64,000 nt of DNA, taken from the NCBI GenBank assembly GCA_016214785.1, contig JACRNV010000001.1, positions 240 through 64,239 on the forward strand, written 5' to 3'. The notes under the pieces were generated by a model. It worked only from the letters and a program-made list of their open reading frames with translations, was not told the DNA's origin and searched no databases. Shown one piece after another: positions 46,498-56,100 of the stretch (the stretch's first letter is position 1; every line of letters begins with the position of its first letter). The position numbers were made by a program, and so were the translations under genes. The stretch is from Methanobacteriota archaeon (lineage in GTDB: Archaea; Thermoplasmatota; Thermoplasmata; SG8-5; JACRNV01).

Positions 46498-48004
46498 CCT
46501 GGAGTACATCCCCGAGGAGGTCCGCGAGTTCTTTTCGAAGGAGGGGGGGCGCTCCCTGCTCGTCGGCGGCATGCCCGGCACTGGCAAGACCACGTTCGCC
46601 CTGCAGCTCCTCGAGGGCCTGACGGCGCCGGAGCGTGGCCTCTATCTCACTACCAGGGTGTCGGACGAGTCGCTCTACAAGCAGTTCCCGTGGCTCAAGG
46701 ACAAGGAGATGAAGGCCCGCATCGTCGATTCGAGCAGGATGCTCCTCGACGCGCTGACCCCGCCGGAGGAGGAGCAGAAGCCGGCCGACCCGAACAAGAC
46801 GCGCATCGTCGCCTCCAGCAAGGACTTCCTCCAGTCAATCGGCGACAAGGGCCTCTCGCCGCCGTCCAGGGTCGACAGGACCAGGCTGCGCATCCTGACC
46901 GAGCGCATGAGGATCCCGGAGGTGGAGCGCATCTACGACAGCATAGAGACAATCCTCCCGGAGAAGCCCACGCTGGTCATAGACAGCGTCGAGGGGATCA
47001 CCGGCAAGTACGGCGTCGACCAGGAGGATTTCATATTCACCCTGCAGAAGGACCTTGCCGAGCACTCGAACACGAACATCGTCTTCGTGACCGAGAAGTC
47101 GGAGCCAGACCCGGTCGAGTTCCTCGTAGACGGCGTCATACGCTTCAGGAACGAGGTGTTCGAGGACAAGCGCGTGCGCCACATGACGATAATGAAGCTC
47201 AGGGCGACGGAGATAAAGCAGCCGGCCTACCTCGTAACACTCAAGGACGGGCGGTTCCGCAGCTTCAGGCCGTTCGGCCCCGTCTACAAACCAGGGCGCT
47301 GGACGCCATTCCCGGACACGGACACGCACTACAGCACGGGAATTCCGGACCTAGACTCGCTCCTAGGCGGCGGGTACGCGAAGGGGAGCTACAACGTCAT
47401 CGAGGTCGACCTCAACGTTCCCGATGACGAATACCAGCTCGTGCTGCGCCCGATACTCCTCAACTTCCTCATGCACGAGCGCGGCATCGTCGCCGTCCTG
47501 AACGGCGGCTCGCACTCCCAGGCCATGAAGGAGGACCTGGCGAGGTTCATGCCCGAGGAGCAGTTCGACAGGCTCGTCAGGGTCGCGGACTACTTCATCA
47601 CCCAGACCAACCTCCCGTACGTCATGGCGCTCGGCCGGCGCGAGGAGGCCCTGCGCATATGGCGCGCGAACCAGGAGTTCCTGCGCGGGAAGGATAACAA
47701 GCCCATCATGGACTACACGGGCTTCGACACGCTCGAGTACCTGCAGGGCGGCGAGGTCGCCATCAAGGGGCTGCTCGAGGCCGTCTCGCACATCAAGATA
47801 TCCAACGATATAGGCGTGGGCGTCCTGAAGCCCGGCCTGAAGTCGGCGCAGGAGATAGTGAACATGGCCGACACGTACCTGAGGGTCACGGACATAGACC
47901 GCAGGCCCTGCATCTACGGGCTCAAGCCGAAGACCATCCTCTACGCGCTGGTGCCCGACGAAGAAAAGGGAATACCGCACGTCAAGCTCGAGCCTGTCGT
48001 TTGA
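46490..48004 (+). CDS. GvpD/KaiC-like two-domain RecA-superfamily ATPase (second domain has a degenerate P-loop)
   Basis: GTG start overlapping the Roadblock stop by 8 nt. Domain 1: LLVGGMPGTGKTTFALQLL (Walker A) and PTLVIDSVEG (Walker B). Domain 2: STGIPDLDSLLGGGYAKGSYNVIEVDLNVPDDEY, a KaiC-like entry motif without GKT. Confidence 0.7.
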   Translation: MNSLEYIPEEVREFFSKEGGRSLLVGGMPGTGKTTFALQLLEGLTAPERGLYLTTRVSDESLYKQFPWLKDKEMKARIVDSSRMLLDALTPPEEEQKPADPNKTRIVASSKDFLQSIGDKGLSPPSRVDRTRLRILTERMRIPEVERIYDSIETILPEKPTLVIDSVEGITGKYGVDQEDFIFTLQKDLAEHSNTNIVFVTEKSEPDPVEFLVDGVIRFRNEVFEDKRVRHMTIMKLRATEIKQPAYLVTLKDGRFRSFRPFGPVYKPGRWTPFPDTDTHYSTGIPDLDSLLGGGYAKGSYNVIEVDLNVPDDEYQLVLRPILLNFLMHERGIVAVLNGGSHSQAMKEDLARFMPEEQFDRLVRVADYFITQTNLPYVMALGRREEALRIWRANQEFLRGKDNKPIMDYTGFDTLEYLQGGEVAIKGLLEAVSHIKISNDIGVGVLKPGLKSAQEIVNMADTYLRVTDIDRRPCIYGLKPKTILYALVPDEEKGIPHVKLEPVV

Positions 48005-50474
48005 GCTCTTCGATATGTTCCTCGGCCAGCTTCGCCTCTCCGAGCGAGCCTATTGCCTTGTAATGGTCCAGGGCCATCATGAAGTTCTGCAGCGCGCACG
48101 CCGCGTCCCCCATGGCCTTGTAGGTGAGGCCGAGCTCGTAGTAGGACAGCGCAAGGTCGTACGGGATGTTCAGCATCTCCATGATGACGATGCCCTTGTT
48201 CAGGTTCTCGATGGACCTGTCCCACTCCTTCTTGAGCCTGTAGATGATGCCGAAGTTCTTGAAGACGCCGTTCATGCCTATCTTGTCGTCCGTCGATTCG
48301 CATATCTTGAGGCTGCGGGCGCAATACTCCTCGGCCCTTTCCAGCTCGCCCTTCATGGCCAGAGCCTCGGCCGCGTTGAAGAGCGACCAGGCTATGAAGT
48401 TCCTGTTCCCCAGCTTCTCGGAGGTTAGGCGGCACTTCTCGAACGCCTCGATTGCCTTGTCCCAGTTCCTCGTGTGCAGGTAAGAGTCGCCGAGGTTGTT
48501 GTAGGCGCGCATTATCTCGACGTGGTCGCCTATCTCATCGAGGTCCTTGATGCTCATGGTGTAGTATCCGACGGCCTTCTCCTGCTCGCTGCGCTGGTTG
48601 TAGACGTTGCCGAGGTCTATGTTCACGCGGGCGATGGCGTGCTTGTCCCCTATCTTGGTGGAGTGGGCGATGCTCTGGTTGTAGTGCTGGATGGCGTCGT
48701 CGACCTGGCCCCTGCGCCAGTGTATGTAGCCGAACCCCCTCTCGATGTCGGCGACGCCGGCGGTATCACCAGTCTGCTGGCATATGACCAGAGCCTCGGA
48801 ATAGAGCCTCTCCGAGTCGGAATACTCCGCGCGCTGCTTGTGCATGTCCGCGAGCTTGCGCAGCGACGCGGACATCATCTGCCTGTCCCCTTTCGACCTC
48901 GCGGCGTCGATGGCTTGGCGGAAGTGCGGCATTGCGGCATAGGGGTTGCCGAGGTCGTAGCACAGGTCGCCGCAGGCGATTGCCAGCCTGATGCTCTCGG
49001 CGGGCTTGTCGATCGCGCTGGACGGTTCGAGCTGCGACAGCAGCTTTAGGGCAGTGGCGTAGTAGTCGAGCGCTTCCTCCAGCGCCAGGAGCTTCTTCGC
49101 CTTGTCGCCGGCGGCGACGCTGTACTTGAAGGTCTTCGCCCCGTCCTTCCCGAGGTAGAAGTGCCTGGCCAGCGAGTAGACGACCTCCTCCAGCCTGCCG
49201 GTGTAGACGAGCTCCATGGCCTCGCCGACCTTCTTGTGCATGAGCCGCGCGCGCGACTTGCTCTGCCCCTCGTACATGCTGCTCGCGGTCTGCTTGTGGT
49301 CGAAGACATAAATCTCGTCCGAGGTCGACCTGTCCTCGCGGATGATTCCGACGGCCATGAGCTTGTCCAGGGAGTCCAGGAGGGTCTCGGAGTCCATCTC
49401 GGTGACCTTGTGGAGCACGTCGAAGTTGAACTGCGTGCCTATCACGGCCGCGTACATGAGGACCTTGCGGGTGTTGTCGTCCATGCGCGCTATCCTGCGG
49501 GCCGTGACGTCCTTGATGGTGCTCGGTATCCTGATCGTCGAGAGATCGACCCCGGCGTCCCAGACGTAGGAATCGGGCTTGATGACGCCCTCCTCTATGA
49601 GCGAGTGGAGCACCTCCTCGACGAAGAAAGGATTTCCCTCGCTCTCGTCGTAGAGCTTGCGCAGGAAGTGCTGGGGGATGTCCTCGATGCCGAGGATGGA
49701 CTTGACCAGCGCGCTCATGTCGTCGTTCCCGAGCCGCGCAAGGGTCATGGTCTCGTAGAGCCTCTCCTTGCTCATCTTCCTCTGCATATCGAGGAGCGGG
49801 TGCGAGCCGCCTGGGACGTCCCTTAGTTCCTCGGGCCTGTAGGCGCAGCATATCATCACGCGCGAGTTCCTAGTGTTCCTCGTGACATAGTGAAGGAGCT
49901 GCAGCGAGCCGGAGTCGGCCCACTGCAGGTCGTCTATGAAGAGCAAGACCGGCGACTCGTCCGCGATGCGGACGAGAATCTGGTTGAAGGTGTCGAACAT
50001 CCTGTCGCGCTCGGCCTGCACGCCCATGCCCGTTCCGGTGCGCTCGGCGAGCATCGATAGCCCGATGGGTATGCCGCCCTCGACGTTGTCCGGCGCCATG
50101 CGGCCGCCGCTGCGCGCCATCCCCGCGAGCCCGAGCGGAACGGAGCCGTAATCGAGCTCGTCGTCAACCTGCGACGCCGGCGGCCTGACGTAGCCCCTGA
50201 GCGCCTCGAAGAACGGCAGGTAAGGGTCGACGTCCTGCTGCGCGATGCACCTGCCAGTCAGGAACTTGAAACCCTTGGCGGAGGCGTGCCTGCCCGCCTC
50301 CGCGACGATGCGCGTCTTTCCGACGCCGGCCTCCCCCTCGACGAAAGTGAGACTGCCCTTGCCAGCGGCAGCGGCATCGACCCTCTCCTTGAGGAGCGCA
50401 AGCTCCTTGGTCCTGTCGATGAATTCCGCGGAGTGCTGAGCGGTCGTCTTTCCAATCCCCATCATGCAGATCAC
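47982..50474 (-). CDS. AAA_16 (STAND-type) P-loop NTPase with C-terminal TPR array
   Basis: FIDRTKELALLKERV..GKGSLTFVEGEAGVGKTRI (Walker A), PVLLFIDDLQWADSGS (Walker B), and a long TPR region. Its 3' end overlaps the convergent GvpD-like gene by 23 nt. Confidence 0.8.
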   Translation of the reverse strand: MICMMGIGKTTAQHSAEFIDRTKELALLKERVDAAAAGKGSLTFVEGEAGVGKTRIVAEAGRHASAKGFKFLTGRCIAQQDVDPYLPFFEALRGYVRPPASQVDDELDYGSVPLGLAGMARSGGRMAPDNVEGGIPIGLSMLAERTGTGMGVQAERDRMFDTFNQILVRIADESPVLLFIDDLQWADSGSLQLLHYVTRNTRNSRVMICCAYRPEELRDVPGGSHPLLDMQRKMSKERLYETMTLARLGNDDMSALVKSILGIEDIPQHFLRKLYDESEGNPFFVEEVLHSLIEEGVIKPDSYVWDAGVDLSTIRIPSTIKDVTARRIARMDDNTRKVLMYAAVIGTQFNFDVLHKVTEMDSETLLDSLDKLMAVGIIREDRSTSDEIYVFDHKQTASSMYEGQSKSRARLMHKKVGEAMELVYTGRLEEVVYSLARHFYLGKDGAKTFKYSVAAGDKAKKLLALEEALDYYATALKLLSQLEPSSAIDKPAESIRLAIACGDLCYDLGNPYAAMPHFRQAIDAARSKGDRQMMSASLRKLADMHKQRAEYSDSERLYSEALVICQQTGDTAGVADIERGFGYIHWRRGQVDDAIQHYNQSIAHSTKIGDKHAIARVNIDLGNVYNQRSEQEKAVGYYTMSIKDLDEIGDHVEIMRAYNNLGDSYLHTRNWDKAIEAFEKCRLTSEKLGNRNFIAWSLFNAAEALAMKGELERAEEYCARSLKICESTDDKIGMNGVFKNFGIIYRLKKEWDRSIENLNKGIVIMEMLNIPYDLALSYYELGLTYKAMGDAACALQNFMMALDHYKAIGSLGEAKLAEEHIEELKRQARA

Positions 50475-50582
50475 TTGCCAGAAGCCCGATGGGCCAAAAA
50501 GGGAGAACGGATTTAAGGGTTGCGGTCGCCGCGCGTCCCGACATAGGAAGTATAATAATGCCGTACCGAGATTCCATCTCCG

Positions 50583-51482
50583 ATGGGTGCACTCGACAGC
50601 GCGGTCAGGGCCATAGCCTCAATGCGCGTGCGTGGCGCGGGGAGGATCGCGCGCTGCGCGGCGGAGGCGCTCGGCAGGCACGCAACCACTTTGCATTCCA
50701 ACAATGTTGCCGCCTTCAGGAGGGAGATGAAGGCGGCTGCGAAGAAGCTCATAGACGCGAGGCCCACGGCAGTTTCACTGTCGAACGCGGTCGGTCTGGT
50801 CATGCGCGCCATGCCCAGGAAAGGGACGGTCGAGGGCGCGAGGAAGGCCATAGTATGCGCGAGCCGCGAGTTCTGCAAGGCCTCGGACAGCGCCGTGGAA
50901 AAGGTCGGTGAGAAGGGCGCGGGGCTCGTCCCAACGAGCGGGAAGGTCATGACCATCTGCAACAGCTCCGCCGTGGTTTCTGTGCTCGTCCATGCCGGGA
51001 AGGCGGGCAAAGGGTTCGAGGCCTATGCCTGCGAGACGCGCCCGAAGTTCCAGGGGCGCATCACGGCCAGGGAGCTCGCGCGGAACGGCGTCCCGACGAC
51101 AATCATTGTCGATTCAGCATCGCGCTATCTCTTCGACGGCGTCAAGGCCGTGTTCGTCGGCGCCGACGCCGTCGAGTGGGACGGCAGCGTCGTGAACAAG
51201 ATAGGCACGCTGCAGCTCGCCGCGTGCGCGAGGGATTTCAAGGTGCCGTTCTACGTCTGCGCGGAGAGCTACAAGTTCTGCCCCCCCAGCCAGGCTGGGG
51301 CGCGCAGGCCAATCGAGGAGCGCGACCCGCGCGAGGTCGCGAGCATCCCGGGCGTGAGGGTGAGGAACCCGGTCTTCGACCGCACGCCGCCCGAAATGAT
51401 CGCGCGCATCATAACCGAGCACGGCGCCATCAGGCCTCGCGATACCGAGATTTACGTCGGGAAGCATCTGGAGGGCCTGTGA
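50583..51482 (+). CDS. e2b2: Ribose-1,5-bisphosphate isomerase (eIF-2B alpha/beta/delta-like, e2b2)
   Basis: IASMRVRGAGRIARCAAEAL, ARPTAVSLSNAV, CETRPKFQGR, VGADAVEWDGSVVNKIGT. It lies immediately upstream of the AMP phosphorylase gene. Confidence 0.8.
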   Translation: MGALDSAVRAIASMRVRGAGRIARCAAEALGRHATTLHSNNVAAFRREMKAAAKKLIDARPTAVSLSNAVGLVMRAMPRKGTVEGARKAIVCASREFCKASDSAVEKVGEKGAGLVPTSGKVMTICNSSAVVSVLVHAGKAGKGFEAYACETRPKFQGRITARELARNGVPTTIIVDSASRYLFDGVKAVFVGADAVEWDGSVVNKIGTLQLAACARDFKVPFYVCAESYKFCPPSQAGARRPIEERDPREVASIPGVRVRNPVFDRTPPEMIARIITEHGAIRPRDTEIYVGKHLEGL

Positions 51483-51499
51483 GCCGGAGGTGAAGAGCG

Positions 51500-53044
51500 A
51501 TGATACTGAAGCCGTCGATAATAAACGTGGACGTGGGCGAGAACAGGGCGATACTGAGCGAGAAGGACGCGCGAGACCTAGGCGTGCGCTCGCTGGACCG
51601 CGTGAAGCTCATCGCGCCCGAGCTGAGCGTCACTGCCATCGTCGGGACGAGCTCGACGATGGTGAAGGAGGGGAGCGTAGGCCTGATGTGCGCGCACGAG
51701 TGCTACGCGCAACTCAGCAGCCTCCAGAATATAGAGATAGTGCCTACCACGAGGCCCGACTCGGTCGAGATCATAAAGAAGAAGATGGACGGCAAGGTCC
51801 TCACCTCGCCGGAGGTGCGCACTATCGTGAAGGACATAGTGAGCCACAACCTGTCCGACGTGGAGCTGGCCGCCTACATCGTGTCCACCCAGATACGCGG
51901 GATGAACCTCGACGAAGTGACGGAGCTCACGAAATCGATGGTCGAGACCGGCACGACGATCGAGCTCGACAAGCACCCCATCTTCGACTTCCACAGCATC
52001 GGCGGCGTCCCGGGCAACAAGATAACGATGCTCGTCGTCCCCATTGTAGCCGCTGCGGGGCTGCAGATACCTAAGACGTGCTCGCGCGCCATCAGCAGCG
52101 CGTGCGGGACCGCGGACATCTTCGAGGTGCTGGCGAACGTCTCGCTCAGCAAGCAGCAGATAAAGGACATCACGCAGAGCATCGGCGGCGTCATAGCCTG
52201 GGGCGGGTACGTCAACCTAGCCCCGGCCGACGACCTCATCATCCGTGTCGAGTACCCGCTCTCGATAGACCCGTACGCGCAGGTCATAGCCTCGGTTCTG
52301 GCGAAGAAGAAGGCCGTGGGCGCGGACTACTTCCTCCTGGACATACCAACCGGGCCGCACACCAAGGTGCCCGACTTCGACCTCGCCAGGCGCTACGCCC
52401 ACGATTTCATCGAGGTGGGGCGCAGGCTGGGCATCAAGGTCGAGTGCGCCATCACCTACGGCGGGCAGCCGATTGGCACGCACATCGGCCCCGCGCTGGA
52501 GTCCAGGGAGGCGCTCATGGCCCTGGAAGGGATTTGCCAGTCGACGAGCGTGGTCGAGAAGGGATGCTCGATGGCCGGGCTCCTCCTCGAGATGGGGGGC
52601 GTGGCCGACGGCAATGGCAAGGACATGGCCAGGGAGATACTGACCAGCGGCAGGGCGCTGGCCAAGCTGCGCGAGATAATCGGCGCGCAGGGCGGCAACC
52701 CGGACGTGAAATCGGGCGATATCATGCCAGGAAAGTTCCAAGCCACCATAGACTCGCAGACCGAGGGTTACGTTACGGCGATAAACAACAAGGACCTCGT
52801 GAAGATAGCGCGCGCGGCCGGAGCCCCGAAGGACAAGGGGGCGGGACTGATACTCCTGAAGAAGCGCGGCCACCAGGTCAAGCGCGGGGAGCCGGTGTTC
52901 GAGGTCTACGCCGACGTGGAAATCAAGCTCGACGCTGCGAGGAAGCAGGCACAGCGCCTCACGCCCATAACCGTCGAGGGAATGGTGCTCGAACGCATAC
53001 CGTCGCGGCGGACGACGATAGTCGACTACACGAAGACAGAGTAG
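51500..53044 (+). CDS. deoA: AMP phosphorylase (thymidine-phosphorylase-family, DeoA type)
   Basis: An N-terminal extra domain (ILSEKDARDLGV...DRVKL), then LSDVELAAYIVSTQIRGMNLDEVTELTKSM and FDFHSIGGVPGNKITMLVVPIVAAAG. Confidence 0.85.
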   Translation: MILKPSIINVDVGENRAILSEKDARDLGVRSLDRVKLIAPELSVTAIVGTSSTMVKEGSVGLMCAHECYAQLSSLQNIEIVPTTRPDSVEIIKKKMDGKVLTSPEVRTIVKDIVSHNLSDVELAAYIVSTQIRGMNLDEVTELTKSMVETGTTIELDKHPIFDFHSIGGVPGNKITMLVVPIVAAAGLQIPKTCSRAISSACGTADIFEVLANVSLSKQQIKDITQSIGGVIAWGGYVNLAPADDLIIRVEYPLSIDPYAQVIASVLAKKKAVGADYFLLDIPTGPHTKVPDFDLARRYAHDFIEVGRRLGIKVECAITYGGQPIGTHIGPALESREALMALEGICQSTSVVEKGCSMAGLLLEMGGVADGNGKDMAREILTSGRALAKLREIIGAQGGNPDVKSGDIMPGKFQATIDSQTEGYVTAINNKDLVKIARAAGAPKDKGAGLILLKKRGHQVKRGEPVFEVYADVEIKLDAARKQAQRLTPITVEGMVLERIPSRRTTIVDYTKTE

Positions 53045-53183
53045 ACCGGTAAGCTGCACGTTTTGCTCCCAGTTCTTGTCCCGTATCACTTTATGTACAA
53101 TTTCGCGCGCGCGTTCGACCACAACTCTTTTATTCATAGTTCGCAGTGAGGTGGACAGCAGCATCTTGAGCGGAGGGGGTCAA

Positions 53184-56100
53184 ATGACCAAAATCACTGG
53201 TAGCGTAGGGGCTAGTGTGGGAACGATAATGGCGGCTGTTCTGGCGCTCGTATTTCTGTGCTCGGCGCTGAGCCCAGCCGTGTCTGCGAAATCTGCGGCA
53301 GCGCCGGCGGCGATTGCTGCTGATGATAAGACCGGCCAAGCGACCACGGGTCCGGTTGGCCCGATGGCGCCTGAAAAGCAGGCGGACAGCGCCCAGCGCG
53401 TCGAATGGGCGCCAAAGGTGACGGAACAAAGGGATGCTATAAAACGGGATTTTGGAGAACCGGCTCCCACTATAGAATCGAAGATCAAGGCAAACGGGAT
53501 TGAGGCAGCTCCTGCTCTCTCGCAGCCAGCGGCCGCGCCCAGCGAACAAGCGAGCAAGCCATCGCTCTCTTCTCCTCCTGCCATCAATCAGGTTCAGCCC
53601 CGGTTGCGAGAACAGAGGGAAACCCCGACTCATGTACCTAACATCGTGGCATCCTCGCAGCCGAGCGATGGCATGACGGCCGCTCGCTCAACCCTTGCCG
53701 CCGGAAATCCCGGAAGGACCCCCGCCCGGGAGATACCACAGCCTACAGTCAATGCGAAGACGAATGTCATAATCGTGTGCGCAGACGATTACCCAGCCAC
53801 TCTGATATCCCAGTTGCAGGGCCATGGCAACATAGGAACTGTCGATTTCTGGAATGCGGCATCCACCACTCCAACCGCGGCGGATTTATTGCCCTACGAC
53901 GTCGCAATCACTTTCTCAAATTCTCCATACTCTAATCCTGTGGCCATTGGCAACGTCTTTGCAGACTATATCGATGGAGGCGGGAGCTTAGTAGCGGCTA
54001 CTTTTTGCTTGTACGATGCAGGTAGTAATTTTGGGATAAGCGGTCGGATAGTTAGCGATGGATACCTGCCTTTCATCTCAAACGATACAGGCAATTACTA
54101 TTCCTGGAGCACGCTAGGAACCTATAACGCAAGCCACCCGTTGATGGGCGGCGTGAGCGCAGTCACAGATTACTACCGCGATTACGTTTCTTTAGATCCA
54201 TCCGCGGAATTTGTCGCTTCATGGGCAGACGGGGCCGGGTTTGTGGCAGTCAAAGGAAATGTGGTAGGGATCAATTCGTATCCCGGCCCATATTACGATG
54301 CTACTGGTGACATTTGGAATTTGTTCTGCAATGCAGTCCTATACTTGAATCCCCAGACATATAGACTCACTTTGATGCCCGGCGTCGTTAACAAGATAGC
54401 TAAAACAGGACAGGTGTTCAACATCTCAATGGCATTGCAGAACACGGGGCTCAACAATGACACATACGACTTATCCTTCGCCAACGACACATGGCCTGTA
54501 TCATTCTTGGACGCAACAGGGACGACCCCGATAGCGTCGATAGGTCCAGTGGGTAGCTTTGGCTGGGAATATTTCACGGTCAGGGTTACGGTGCCAGGGA
54601 CGGCCGTGACTGGCGATTTTGACGAGTTCGAAGTCAATGCGACCTCCCAGAATGATACTGCGATTTCTGAGATATCTCTAGTCAACGTAACTTGCTTCAA
54701 TGGCATTGCCGTAGGCATCTACGACCACCCGGACGTGAGCGACATCTCATATTGGACCGACGGAAACGGGAACTCCTGGGCCGATTACCAGGGTGTCGTC
54801 GATAGCGACCTGCAAGGCAGGTTCATGAGCTTCATCATTACCGAACTTAGCCCGTGGACGCTTGAGCTTCTAGACGTCATCGTCCTTCCAGACAATGCAA
54901 TACCCGATGCGGACCTGGCAGCCGTTAACGCGTGGTTCTTGCCGGGCAAGGGCATCATCGCCGTCGACAGCGCGGCCTGCTTCGCGACCTATTCGGGCTA
55001 CATGTTCCCGGCTGGCGCAGGCACCAATGGCAATGGCGTATACTGGGATTACAACACAAATGAGAACGACCAGTGTATCTTGATGCCCCATAAGATTACA
55101 GAGTCCTATGAGATCAACGACATTTACAGCTCTATGGGAGGAGACGCCCAATATTACAACTCGATGCTTCCTTTGGACGCACTGGCGCTCACCACCCAGA
55201 AATGGAACAGCGAGTATGTTTATGCGGTCGCGAGGGAAGTCCCCGGTGCGGGAAGGATAGTGGGCTTGGGCCCATATGACTCTCACCCAGACGGGACCGA
55301 TGAATTGATAAGGGACGCGATAGAATGGTCGGCGAGCCTGGGCTATTACAGCGTCGTCGCCCAGCCTGGGAACCAGGAAGGGTACGGTTCCGGCGGCGAG
55401 ACCGTGGACTTCACGGTGACGGTCCTGAACACGGGGACAAGCGCCGATACATACGACCTTACGGCGACGGGTTCCGTCTGGACCGCCGAGATATACGACG
55501 CGACCGGAACGACCGTGATATCGTCCATAGGGCCAATATCGGCGGGCGCGTCGGCGGATTTCATCGTCAGGGTGTCGATTCCCGGCGGGTCGTCAATGGG
55601 CGCCTTCGACGAGGCGAGCATCCACATCGAATCGCAGAGCCAGCCATCCGCAAACGACACAGCAACGGTCAGAACACAGGTGCCTTATGTTGGCGAATGG
55701 TTCGACGGCCTCGAGTCGGGGATGGCCGATTGGACGGTGGACGACATCAGCCACGTCGTGCCCTCGACCACGTGGGAGACGGGAGACCCGACGGGATATC
55801 CACCTATCTCTCCGTATGATGGGACAAGCTGCGCTGGGACTAACCTGCTCGATTACTATTACATTGGAGCGGACACCGTCCTCGAATCACCTTATTTAAC
55901 TCTCGAGGCGGGCGGTGTGTTGCTGTCTGAGGAGTTCGGTTCAGGAACTATGCCTCCTGCTGGGTGGTCACACATACCGAACAATGCTTATACATGGTTT
56001 ATCGAAACTAATACGCCACATTCGGCCCCATATTATGCAGATTGCCAGTACGACCCTGCACTCAATACCCAAGACGAGTGGCTGATATCGCCTCCGCTTG

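Noticed and set aside
50583-53044. The AMP phosphorylase + R15P isomerase pair as something unusual, given that no type III RuBisCO lies next to it.
   Set aside because: This is the known archaeal nucleotide-salvage pathway, and RuBisCO is often encoded elsewhere. It is an ordinary housekeeping context.
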